A stretch of DNA of 44,404 bases from Trichoplax adhaerens (lineage: Eukaryota > Animalia > Placozoa). The DNA is taken from NCBI RefSeq assembly GCF_000150275.1, contig NW_002060951.1, positions 2,339,919 to 2,384,322 of the forward strand. Direction: 5' to 3'. The position numbers and the translations under genes are program-made. Under the pieces are notes generated by a model. The model was given only the letters and a program-made list of their open reading frames with translations, was not told the origin of the DNA and did not search any database. Shown here piece by piece: positions 1 through 10,945 of this stretch (positions are counted from its first letter, which is position 1; each line of letters begins with the position of its first letter).

Positions 1-1020
1 GTACATGGACTGTACACCGTACAGTTAGTACTGTACCGTATTGTACTGTACTGTACTGTACGATGTGAGCCAGTGCTATTAGGCAATATAAATTGTAGTA
101 AAGCTGCAAAATTTGCCTCAAATTTTATATTAGCTTACAGTACTCTTACTCTAATTCCAACTGGTTCACACTGATGTGAGCCAGTTCTATTTAGAGTGCT
201 ATTAGGCAAAATAAATTGTAGTAAAGCTGCAAAAGTTTGCCTCAAATTCTATACATACAGATAGTGTACTTTAGTACACACTGTCATACTAAAGTCAACG
301 GCTGTTTGTTGCCCAAAATGAGGAGCTGATTGCTGGACTGTACAGTTAGTACTGTACCGTATTGTACTGTACTGTACGATGTGAGCCAGTGCTATTAGGC
401 AAAATAAATCGTAGTAAAGCTGCAAAATTTGCCTCAAATTTTATATTAGCTTACAGTACTCTTACTCTAATTCCAACTGGTTCACACTGATGTGAGCCAG
501 TTCTATTTAGAGTGCTATTAGGCAAAATAAATTGTAGTAAAGCTGCAAAATTTGCTTCAAATTTTATATTAGCTTACAGTACTCTTACTCTAATTCCAAC
601 TGGTTCACACTGATGTGAGCCAGTTCTATTTAGAGTGCTATTAGGCAAAATAAATTGTAGTAAAGCTGCAAAATTTGCTTCAAATTTTATATTAGATTAC
701 AGTACTCTTACTCTAATTCCAACTGGTTCACACTGATGTGAGCCAGTTCTATTTAGAGTGCTATTAGGCAAAATAAATTGTAGTAAAGCTGCAAAATTTG
801 CTTCAAATTTTATATTAGATTACAGTACTCTTACTCTAATTCCAACTGGTTCACACTGATGTGAGCCAGTTCTATTTAGAGTGCTATTAGGCAAAATAAA
901 TTGTAGTAAAGCTGCAAAATTTGCCTCAAATTCTATACATACAGATAGTGTACTTTAGTACACACTGTCATACTAAAGTCAACGGCTGTTTGTTGCCCAA
1001 AATGAGGAGCTGATTGCTGT
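1..1020. repeat. Higher-order tandem satellite array. Monomers of about 123 bp start at 487, 610, 733 and 856, with a 111-bp variant at 62 and 376. Longer about 203-bp units at 173 and 856 carry an extra 100-bp segment plus a GTAC tract.
   Basis: Near-identical copies of gatgtgagccagttctatttagagtgctattaggcaaaataaattgtagtaaagctgcaaaatttgc...ccaactggttcacactgat recur with a 123-bp period. The 314-bp block 62-375 is repeated at 376-1020 with three extra monomers inserted. Confidence 0.9.
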
Positions 1021-1205
1021 ACAGTACATAGACTGTACACTGTGTACAGTTAGTACTGTACCGTATTGTACTGTATTGTACTGTATAGCGTACTATAGTA
1101 CACACTGTACTGCATCGATCGGACTGGAGTCGTAATGGATTTTTTCGGGTACACCGTACACTGTACAGTACAGTATACCGGTAGTCCATGACGTACTACT
1201 GTAGA
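1018..1205. repeat. GTAC-palindrome microsatellite tract (degenerate GTACTGTACAGTAC units) immediately upstream of the AIP-like gene start.
   Basis: Dense runs of tactgtacagtac / gtactgtac variants. The motif is its own reverse complement. A similar short tract lies at 1-61 and 336-375 inside the satellite. Confidence 0.85.
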
Positions 1206-1301
1206 CGGTTCAAATTTCCTTACGAATATTCTCGAACATTATCTGCCATTAATTTATTTTGCCTTAGACTTCGTGATTAACGATTAATAATTTCAATCGG
1301 T

Positions 1302-1382
1302 ATGCCAGATATTAAAGGTGTAAGGAAATCCGTAATAAGACCTGGCAATGGTATTCCATTGGAGTTATTCACCGGTAGTAAG
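1302..1382 (+). CDS. AIP: AIP-like exon 1
   Basis: ATG at 1302; donor aag|gtacaa; phase 0. Confidence 0.75.
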
Positions 1383-3647
1383 GTACAAAACCAATTAGAT
1401 ATTGATACCGAATTTGGAAAGCAATAGAGAAAGAAAGAATTAGATAGGATAGCTTTACACTTTATATTATTATTTTACGGTTATATTAAGACGAGCAATC
1501 ATCTACAACTCGGTATGTGTACTCGTATGACATGTGTCGTTGGAATTATGCATAACCAACTAGTATAGGTAACATGTCTAATGACTATCATTATGCATAG
1601 TAACTGTCTATTCATAGTTCCGATGACATATGCAGATATGCACGTATTGTAAAATAAGTACACATATACTCGTATAATGATCGCATATCGAAGTATGATA
1701 AGTCTTAGCAGTAAAATATTCGTACAACGAACGTATCTTTATACTGTATCTTCCTTTTAACATCAATTTTACTATTAACGGTATTTTACAACCACACTAA
1801 CTACGGACGAAGTTAAAATATCAGACTAAGAATTGCTCGATAATTGATATACTGTGTCAGTAACATGCTATTACTCGAGTACATTCACTACCTAATGTAG
1901 TGTATACTGTACTAGTTTTCGCTGGTGTATAAACTACACAACTACCTTACCGATTCATTTCTATCAAATGCACTACCATTAGTAAGAGATTGCTACATAC
2001 AGTATAATAATACAGCATGTTAATATCATGCCCGAAGATAGTTATTCTCTGTACTTTAAAATGCAAGATTGCCATAATATCGAAATGACAAAAGAATATT
2101 ATTTTGCTTTCATCTATCAGAGTAGAGATACTAACATTATATCACATTGAGACTTTTTAAGTTTATACGATTCCCTACTGACCCCACATAGGTGACAACC
2201 AGCAGTTGCAATACTTTATATTAAATTTCTCAGATGAAATTAGCAATTATTGTAGGTCTATTACAACTGTTGAGATGAACACTATATTATGCTCAATAAA
2301 TGCATTTACGAAATACAAGTTTGCCCTGATACATATGACTACGTATTTTATAATTGTAGGTGACTTTCCATTTTAAGACAATCACCTTAGATGAAAGCAG
2401 AACTGTTATCGATGATAGTCGACAGATGGGAGAACCATTTGAATTGTTGTACGGCCGGCAATTTAAATTGGATATATGGGAACAAGTGATTCCAGAAATG
2501 ACTGTTAATGAACTGTCATCATTTGCTTGCGATAAAGAGGTGAAACCAAGAAGCATTCCGATGTTCACTTATTTCACAAACAGTAGTCGTCAATGTATGA
2601 CGTGTTCATGGTTTACTTTTGTAATAGTATAAAAGTAATTTTATAGTCTCTTAACTGATCCTCTAATTAAATTGCACGTAATTATTTGGAAATCCTTGAT
2701 ACCACGTCATAATGCTGCTATGAAGTCATGTCGTTACTTTTCTATCGATATCACATAAATTTCACGTACGTTCGAGTGCTAGGATTATGAAGGACTACGT
2801 TTATGTAGTCTTATTGTCATGAAAAACAGCAATTAATATGATTTTAATTTTACTAGCTGGTACTCAGCTATCCTCTTGTATCAAAAAGTATACGAGATCA
2901 CATAAAGAAAAAGAAGGATCCAGGAGCTGAAATAGTTGATGGTAGCAGATGTTGCGCTTCTTCCTCCGGCTACGGATATGCAGATCTAGATAAATTATCC
3001 ACAGATAGACTTGGTTAGCATATTAAATGGGTCAATATAACATAATATCTTTAACAGCCATTAACATTGCATACTGATATGATTTAATAGGTTTAGTGTT
3101 CGAAATTGAATTGCTTAAGGTAGAAAAGCATGGAGAATACAAAAGCGAAGTCTGGCAAATGACTCCTGAGGAGAAATTAGCTGCGTTGCCTGGTTACAAG
3201 CTTGAAGGCAACAAGTATTATCAAGAAAGAAAATATTCTAAAGCGGCAGATAAATACGCTGTTGCTTTAGGTTGCATAGAACAACTATTATTGAAAGAGA
3301 AACCTGGTGAACCTGAGTTCAAAGCATTAGAATTAAAAAAATTGCCGTTCCTTTTGAATTACTCTCAATGTAAATTGTGCTTGGGTGAATATTATGAAGC
3401 AGCCGAGCATTTATCGACGGTGATGGAGATTGATCCCAATAATGTTAAGGCATATTACAGACGAGGCAAGGCTAATAGAAAGCTATGGAAGATGGAAGAA
3501 TCTCGAAGCGATTTCAGTAAAGCAACCGAATTAGATCCAACTCTACAAGGAGCTGTAAATAAAGAATTACAACTAATAGATGAAATACAAAAAGACCACT
3601 ATCAAGAGATGAAAGCAAAGTATCAAGGAAAAGGTATGTTTGCTTAA
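1302..3647 (+). CDS. AIP: AIP/XAP2-like (aryl-hydrocarbon-receptor-interacting protein family; FKBP-type N-domain plus C-terminal TPR). Gene span; 4 coding exons (1302-1382, 2360-2539, 2857-3013, 3091-3647), 324 aa.
   Basis: Spliced translation MPDIKGVRKSVIRPGNGIPLELFTGSK / VTFHFKTITLDESRTVIDDSRQMGEPFELLYGRQFKLDIWEQV... / LVLSYPLVSKSIRDHI...RCCASSSGYGYADLDKLSTDRL / GLVFEIELLKVEKHGEY...NYSQCKLCLGEYYE...VKAYYRRGKA...KGMFA* aligns along its whole length with human AIP as I recall it ([80 protein letters not shown]). Splice sites are GT-AG with consistent phases (0, 0, 1). Total 975 nt. Confidence 0.85.
2360..2539 (+). CDS. AIP: AIP-like exon 2 (PPIase-like domain)
   Basis: Acceptor ttgtag|g; donor gag|gtgaaa; 60 codons. 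Confidence 0.8.
2857..3013 (+). CDS. AIP: AIP-like exon 3
   Basis: Acceptor tttactag|c; donor ttg|gttagc; ends in phase 1. Confidence 0.8.
3091..3647 (+). CDS. AIP: AIP-like exon 4 (TPR domain, stop taa at 3645-3647)
   Basis: Acceptor tttaatag|g; matches track ORF 3096..3647. Confidence 0.9.
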
Positions 3648-6515
3648 GTTACGTTTATCTTGGATTATTATATTATAAATTTGCTGAACTAGCCAAAAAT
3701 TGAAATCGTTGCAACCAATGTGTAAATAGGACAATTTATCATAGGTACTGTTTTTGGATGTGACTGTTTAATGTTGAATAGTAGACTTTAATTTTCATCC
3801 CCTCTTCAGTAAACGTTGCTAGTGATCTTAATGATTGATTAAATTTATTTAAGTTTCCATTATTCAGTTGCCAAGGGGGTTAGTATTTTCCAATAGCGAT
3901 TGTTACGTGTTATCTTATTTTATAACAGTTTCCAATATACTGATATGTTTGTGACTTTCATCGTATCATATGTATAACCTTTATATTATTAAATGCTAGT
4001 GCATATGTGTAGTGTTCTTAATTATTCCATTTCTCATACTATGCGTACAAATTCAAAAAATATCCGATACGAATTTTATTGATAATTATAATTGTATTAG
4101 TTGTAATTCTTACAGCGGCTAAAAATAAAATGTACATTAACGTCATCTTATTCAACCGTAAGATTTTCGATCAAACTGGAAAGTTCAATTGGAGTAAATA
4201 TCTGTGAACCACAGCAGTCTGATAGCAGTCCATAAATATACAATTTTAAATATTGACGACCTAAAAATTTATATAATGAAGACGTCTGCTCTTACGATAT
4301 AGTAAACAGTAGGCGTGATAGCCATAATTTTTAATAGCTTTAATGATGTTAACGCTTTAAATATCAGTATTACTTATAAAATTGTAGTAGCTACGTACTC
4401 CAATCTATCCTGAGCGGTATTTACTTTCAAAAACTATTTGCACTGTGAGCGGTGTGAGCTAATTGCTAATGCAATATTGTGAACGATCACATACATGCTA
4501 ATTCAGTATAGTACCGCAATACGTCTGATCAGACAAGTTTTATTTACTGACAGCAATTCTTACATTTTAGAGACTTGACTTTGAGTTCGGAATACCTTAG
4601 AGTAGATTCTTGCTAGCAGTTAATTATTGCTCTACTATTCTTAAACTTTGTAATAAAAGCCTTTTCTTAAATTCTCTCTTGACTAAGACAAATATTGTGA
4701 GATACTTTTATTATACGACCGTGTAAAGGAAAATGAAATATTCTCCATACTGTCTTAACAGAACCAACATATCCTGTGTTAGTAAAAGTTTTCGCTCCAT
4801 CTATAACATCTTCATGTAATTTATCGATTTCAGCTTGAGCCTGTTTGGTCTTATCATTTACTATGCAAATACTGCGTGGGATATAGTATCATAGGTGTTT
4901 TTATTTATCGAGAATAAAGTCCCTATTAACATTTCCTTTAATCGTATGATCAGATCTGATTGATTGAAATTTCTAATTCTAAAAATAACGCATTGAAGAT
5001 TACCAAGAATTATGAAATCATCCTGTTTTGTATCTTTATGTCTACAGTAAACGAGTATATGAGTACAGTATATATCTATGTATAGGTAATTAATACTTTA
5101 CAGGTACTAATTTCGAAAATCTATCAATCACTAGTAATATAGCGTATTATTGCAACAGATGGTCATAATTTAGTTATTTAATTCTTAAAATATTTTGGAT
5201 AATAGGTATAATATTTACTTTTTCTCTTAAATCACTGTGCAACAGGATTCTAAAACTGACGGTAAATAAGTAACAGCAGGAATCTGCGGTACAAACTAAG
5301 TTATTTCGTAATAATTGAGGTCATGTTGCACTACAGCGATATACGCATGCCATTCAATCTGACTATAGTAATATACAGTGAGTTATTAGTCATGAAAGGA
5401 AAATTAAACGTAATATTATACTAAATATTAGTAGTGATGTTATTTTAATATTATTAATGTAGAGTTTTCACTTTTGGTAAGAGTTGTTTGAGGTTTAAAA
5501 TAGTCTTAAATGAGGTCATGCAGTTACTCTTTAGGGCAAGTGTACCTGATACCACCCAATATTATAGGTACTCGTATAAATGTACAGTATAGCAAGCCTA
5601 ATGATCAATGTCTACTTTATGCATTAATCATTCGACGAAATTCGTAATTGAAAACTATTGATCGTTGATCGAATAACTTTTTACTAGGTACTGTATTGTA
5701 ATTCGTATACGAATATACCAGTAACGTAAGCCATGGTTACTGAAGCAATAGCATAAGGTGGTGCCTGTCCGTCGTAAAGCTTCGTCTAAATATTCTAATA
5801 TAACTCATACTATAATATTGTATACCATACAGTGTTAACGCGTATTTTCTTATTATAATAATAATTTTTGGTTACTAACCAACTACTACACACCCAGTTG
5901 AGCGCCATTACTATAAACTCTAGCTGTACTGCTCCTGATAATAACTACAACCTGTATTCCCATGTTTTATAGCGCATCACATAGAGTGCGTTTGCACATT
6001 TTGTAATATTTATGATTCACGGTATTATTGAATTTGTTTTCTTTAATTTATCCAACAAGCATTATTTAAAAATTTACTAACGTCTACGCTACAATTACAC
6101 TCAATTTCCATTTTCCATATACGCGTATTGTGTAATGTATACGAATATTTATTATTTCAATTTATCAGTTAAAGTAACTACAGACCACAGTACAGATTAT
6201 AGATAGAATTATGAATGTACAATTGGTGATATATCTGCAATCCAGATTTAACTACGCCAGAGCATCTAATCGGCTAATGTGTAGATTAAATATAATGTAC
6301 TATTCTTGTCATTTTTACTGAAGTAACACATGGAATGAATATTGTAATAACTCTTTAGTACTGTACATTTGGCAAACAGTAAATTAGTAAGCATATAGTA
6401 TTTTATAGTTAAATTGTTAATATTCAACTTTTGTAGTATTAGTTGCCATATTCCTGACGAATTCCGTTTCTATATTGAAATTATCACCAGGTATTTCTAA
6501 TATCACGGGTCGATA

Positions 6516-6803
6516 TTAGCGAATTATATTTACAGATCCATCGTAATTTAACTTTTGTAACCCAATGGACTCATGACTGTTAGGAGCTATAAAGGTTGTA
6601 TAGTCATAATCATTTTGAGCTAAATCTTGCATAACGGCTTCCAATTCCATCGAAAACTTATTCAGGTAACCATCGCTAGTAATATGTTCCCTCGGTACGT
6701 CATTTTTACTGTTAAAACTCTGTTGGTCTTCAGTGTGAAATAGTGATGTGAAATCGTCTGCGAAAGTATCGTCTTGTAGATATTCATTATTATCCAATCC
6801 AAA
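6516..6803 (-). CDS. XBP1: XBP1 exon 4 (acidic C-terminal region of the spliced isoform; the unspliced frame ends inside this exon)
   Basis: Acceptor tttatag|tttgg; stop taa at 6516-6518. Confidence 0.75.
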   Translation of the reverse strand, partial: FGLDNNEYLQDDTFADDFTSLFHTEDQQSFNSKNDVPREHITSDGYLNKFSMELEAVMQDLAQNDYDYTTFIAPNSHESIGLQKLNYDGSVNIIR

Positions 6804-8536
6804 CTATAAATAGAATAAAACCTCGAATAAGTGAGTATGAACTATTACAATCGTTGCAGATGTTGGTTATTGGTAAAAATTTGAAATACATTGCACATTT
6901 GGCAATTATATTCTATAGAATTGTTTTAGCCTATCGTTAAAATGTAAGTGCAAATCATATCAGTTGCATATGCGAGCTTGTTTGTTTATGAATGTATAAC
7001 ACTGCCAGAATTTTTACTTTATGAAATATTACAATAGTTTCTCGTTCAGGATACAGCAAGACGATTGAGTGTGATAGAAATCTTCTACATACGTAATATC
7101 GAGGACGATAAACTAATAACTATAATATAGTTCTGATAAGTGTGTTATCGTCAATTAGTATAAATATAATTAAAAAATTTGTAAAGTATTCTAGTTTACT
7201 TTTATACAGTTAATCACAGATTGCCATAAGAAGATATGCAAATTACAACGTACCTCAAATTCATTATAACTGACACAAGATACAGGTACAGAAGTAATGC
7301 CCTTTTCTGCTGCGGAGAAACGTAGAGCACTGCTGGCTCAGCAGGCATTTCAACAGGACCTGATAAATCTTTCGTGTCAATAAGGTCACATTGTTCTATA
7401 TATTCTTGCATAGTTGCGAGGACTATTTCAGACTCGCTCTTTAAAGATGAGTTTTCTTGCGACAGTTGTTCAATTTTAATTTTAAGCATATCATTTTCAT
7501 TTCTTAGTTTTTGATTCTAGAAATAGTTAATTGTAATTTAGTAAACTGCCAAGTGGGTCCTGTCAATAATTCGTTATAGTAACTGTATTTCGTATAGCAC
7601 ACATACGCGTAACTAATCTAAGCAATTATGATGCAGTATGTAATGTACATCTCCATGCAGATCTCATATCAGGTGTACTATAAGAAAGTAATTGTTTAAC
7701 TTTTCAATATGATATATGCACATTAGATTTTAATGTTAAGACTTATGCTACGGTATTAACCTCTAAACATGGATAGTATCTTAATGATGACTATCATCTT
7801 GTAATGTATGTACAGTACTATACATTACCTCATTTCGTAAAACATCTACATTCGATTCCAAATAATTCATTAGCTCCTTCTTTTTATCTCTAGCTGCCTG
7901 AGCTGCTATACGATTTTTAATTTTTCTGCAAACAAAAAAGATTCAATAAAATATGAAATCGTTTCCCATACAACAATGAGATTTTAGTTAAAAGTTATAT
8001 ACCACAGCACAACAAGAGCAGCTCCTGGCTGCTGTTTGATTTTTTTCTACAACGGCAATGTTTAACTTTTAGTTCAATAACTTAATTAGCGTATTATATA
8101 GTGCAGAGTAATTAGGTTTTAACAGCTTTAATTGTATAGTAGATACAATATTTTAATTTGATGAACGCCAATGAAGACTATACTGTACAGTAGAAATGAT
8201 AATTATTATAATACATGACCTGTAACTGTACTGGTTACTAAATGCGCCTAAAATGATACAGAAATCTAGCGGTCTAATATCTTACTATACTGTACAGTAC
8301 AGTACTGCATGATCGTTACATCACTAAGATGCACTATAACTACAGCGTCCAATACTACAATACATTGCCTGAATATATACTTCAAGATAGAAAATTCAAT
8401 TTTACCGATTAAATCTTCTTTCTTCGGGTGTCAGGTTTGGATTGCGCTTTCTTTTCCTACGTACTGGTGAAGGTATATCTTCAGAGTTGCATGACGAATT
8501 ACATGTGTTACTATCTGAAAATCCTGAATCTTCCAT
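6516..8536 (-). CDS. XBP1: X-box binding protein 1 (bZIP UPR transcription factor). Gene span; 4 conventional exons (8406-8536, 7829-7925, 7254-7516, 6516-6803). Exon 3 carries a 20-nt IRE1-type unconventional intron (7313-7332). Predicted spliced isoform XBP1s about 252 aa; unspliced XBP1u about 213 aa.
   Basis: Minus-strand translation MEDSGFSDSNTCNSSCNSEDIPSPVRRKRKRNPNLTPEERRFNR / RKIKNRIAAQAARDKKKELMNYLESNVDVLRNE / NQKLRNENDMLKIKIEQLSQENSSLKSE... matches the XBP1 basic region and zipper as I recall them (RKLKNRVAAQTARDRKK...ENQKLLLENQLLREK). Removing 20 nt shifts the frame so that exon 3 joins in phase 0 to the acidic C-terminal exon (FGLDNNEYLQDDTFADDF...NIIR*, track ORF 6516..6797). The unspliced frame instead terminates about 50 codons into exon 4. 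Confidence 0.85.
7254..7516 (-). CDS. XBP1: XBP1 exon 3 (leucine zipper; contains the unconventional intron)
   Basis: Acceptor tttctag|aatcaa; perfect donor ag|gtacgt at 7253/7254. Confidence 0.85.
7313..7332 (-). other. XBP1: 20-nt unconventional (IRE1/RtcB-type) intron of XBP1 mRNA with twin stem-loop cleavage sites
   Basis: On the mRNA strand, gagc[CAG|CAGT]gctc is a 4-bp stem with a 7-nt loop, and tttct[CCG|CAGC]agaaa is a 5-bp stem with a 7-nt loop. Both loops fit the IRE1 consensus CNG|CNGN. The excised segment is cagtgctctacgtttctccg (20 nt, +1 frameshift). Confidence 0.75.
7829..7925 (-). CDS. XBP1: XBP1 exon 2 (bZIP basic region)
   Basis: Acceptor gtttgcag|a; donor gag|gtaatg. Confidence 0.85.
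8406..8536 (-). CDS. XBP1: XBP1 exon 1
   Basis: ATG = reverse complement of 8534-8536; donor cg|gtaaaa; ends in phase 2. Confidence 0.8.
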
Positions 8537-8915
8537 ATTGATTCTTCTTAAAAGCAGCTTTCCATTAACTAACAAAGTTCATAAGGAGTGCTGTCGGTAA
8601 TGAGTTTAACTGATTGTGTATAAAACCGAAATACTGGCTATTAAGTTGTTAAGCTCTACAAAGTACTTAGACAGTCTTTGAGAAATTTCGGTGTTGCAGC
8701 TTCTATTTAAGTGTTTTTATCCAGCCCCAAAAAGGTTCTATTGCGTCATGCAAGTTACAAGTTATATAAAATGTACGCAGAAGTAAATAGTAAAGAGAAT
8801 GGCATCATTGGCATATCGTATGTTTACTTCCATACACAGTATTGTACTGAATTCTATTTTTATTTTTTGCATCGTGTTTGAATTTGATTGGTTGATTGAT
8901 TTCATTTACAGGGTA

Positions 8916-9232
8916 ATGTACTGTACAGTACAGTACACCAGTAACAGTGCATTCTTAATGTTGTACTGTACACTGTACAGTAGCAACGATTTGTCTACCC
9001 TCTATGAGAAAATGGCTATGCTGCGTCATACGTATGTGCGCATCCTCTGAATTTTATACGAATTCTAGTATAAAAATAAAACATTACATAATCTAGTCCT
9101 ACTCTACAATCTACAGTACTGTACATGCGCGTAGGTAGGATGCAATAATGGGCGTGTCTGTTGTGTAGCAAGAGGAGCTGCCTTATAGCAGACATTGCTA
9201 CTGTACTGTACTGAACAGTACTATACGGTATA
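8916..9232. repeat. GTAC-palindrome microsatellite tracts (8916-8985, 9108-9128, 9199-9232) upstream of XBP1 (minus strand)
   Basis: tactgtacagtacagtac..., ctacagtactgtacatg, ctactgtactgtactgaacagtactatacggta. Confidence 0.8.
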
Positions 9233-9902
9233 TCAACCAGTAAAAGCCCTCAAATATTTCTTTCTTTGCTCTATACATTTTGCGAGAACACTTTACAAGT
9301 TGGTGACTGCAGGAAAAATCTTTAATTTAGGTAATAAATCAACCCTGTGAGTTAGCTTGTAATACCATAAGTAAGATAAGCCTAATCTCATCGTTTCCGT
9401 TTTTTAAATAATAGTATAATACTTCACCTAAATTACGATAAAAACCGTAGTATCGAATACGCATCCAGAATCTTTGATTGCGGAAGTGCAGCTTTCTTTC
9501 TTTCGATATCACTTTAATGTCAGGCCGTACGAAAGCTTATGAATTTGAAGTCGATCGATAGAAGTTTGACATCATCCGCCTAATTTTAATACTCTACAGT
9601 TCTTTACATTGCGTAGTCATTATTACTATAACAGTCTAGTATCTGTTATGTATTATTCGTGTTATATTGCGACACTAGGTCAATCACGCTAGACAAGGTT
9701 AGACACGTCAAAGTGGCCTTAATAAACGCAAAATCGTCTTTTTATTCTGGATTACATTGCCGTTCGTGATATAGATATACAGAATCATCCATGTAGCAAG
9801 TTGCATACATAATAGTAACTAGTTAGACTATTTCGCTATGGACTAGTTAGGCCCATCAGATCAAAATTAGCTAAAAAATGAGACGCCATGATCCGCGTCC
9901 GA

Positions 9903-10180
9903 AAAAGATACAGTGCTGTACCACTGTACAGTACAGAACAGAATACAGTATTACTGTTACTATACAGTAGAACAAAACCACCGTTGCTAAGTTATAGTCT
10001 CAGCGGCAGGGACATTGTAATGCATTGATACGACAGGAATCTGTTAATATACAGCGTAATGAAGTAGGTGATATACTGTACTAGTAGTCGGCGTTGTTTT
10101 AATTGCATTATTTCAAGAAATGATTGATTTGTACGTATCTACAGGATATGACGTACTGTAGTTAGGCTGTTACACTACGT
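9903..10180. repeat. GTAC-palindrome microsatellite tracts upstream of MVP
   Basis: gctgtaccactgtacagtacagaacagaatacagtattactgttactatacagtag, plus weaker copies to 10180. Confidence 0.75.
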
Positions 10181-10473
10181 CTGAATTTAAGCAATTTGTT
10201 CTTTGTTGCCAGCTACGGTATAAGCTCCTATATACTGTATACGCACGCACCGTAAGTTGCATTGCAGCATTTAGGTACGGTAATTAATAGGTAATTGTGG
10301 ACGACGTAGAACACGCTTAAAAGTAAAATGAGTACTGATTAAGGAGTTATTTGTAAATCTTTTGCTAACAGCGGTGTATTTATGAGTATTCATGAGTAAA
10401 TTGATTATATTTATCAGTAATAAATTGGCACTATAATTGAAGATGCATCTATATGATTCTGGGTTGTAGCAAA

Positions 10474-10945
10474 ATGAGTTCGAAAGGATCTTCACGCTCC
10501 TCTGAGGAAATGAACATCTTTCGTATTGCACCGTATTACTATATTCACGTCATGGATCTGAATACCAACGTGACGCGAGTAGTAAACGGACCAAAGACTT
10601 ACATACGACAGGATAATGAGAAAGTAATTTTTGGACCGGAAAAGATGGTCACAGTACCTCCACGTCATTACTGCATTGTCGAGAGCCCTGTCGTACGTAA
10701 TAAAGATGGCAATGTGGTTTTTGATACCTACGGGCAAGCTAAGCTACGACACGCAGATCTTGAAATTCGCTTTTCTCAAGAACCATTTCCGCTTTACCCT
10801 GGAGAAGTTTATAAACAAGCTCCCAAACCGCTTATGGTTGTCGCTGCGAACTCTGCTATTAGACTTAAAGCTATTTTAGATTTTGAAGAAGAGGGAACAA
10901 AAGTGAACCGTGTAGCCGGGGACGAATGGCTATTTGAAGGGCCAG
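10474..10945 (+). CDS. MVP: MVP exon 1 (start ambiguous: 10453, 10474 or 10510)
   Basis: Donor cca g|gtattt; tgggttgtag|caaaatg just upstream could be an acceptor of a 5'UTR exon, which is why I chose 10474. Confidence 0.8.

Noticed and set aside
249-437. 62-aa ORF inside the satellite array
   Set aside because: It lies entirely within tandem satellite monomers and would be repeated in every unit. Not coding.
8799-9050. 83-aa plus-strand ORF between XBP1 and MVP
   Set aside because: Hydrophobic, low-complexity and spanning a GTAC tract. No splice or start context. Most likely intergenic/promoter sequence.
10492-10879. ORFs 10492..10737 (-) and 10631..10879 (+) overlapping MVP exon 1
   Set aside because: These are the antisense and wrong-frame readings of a well-supported MVP coding exon.
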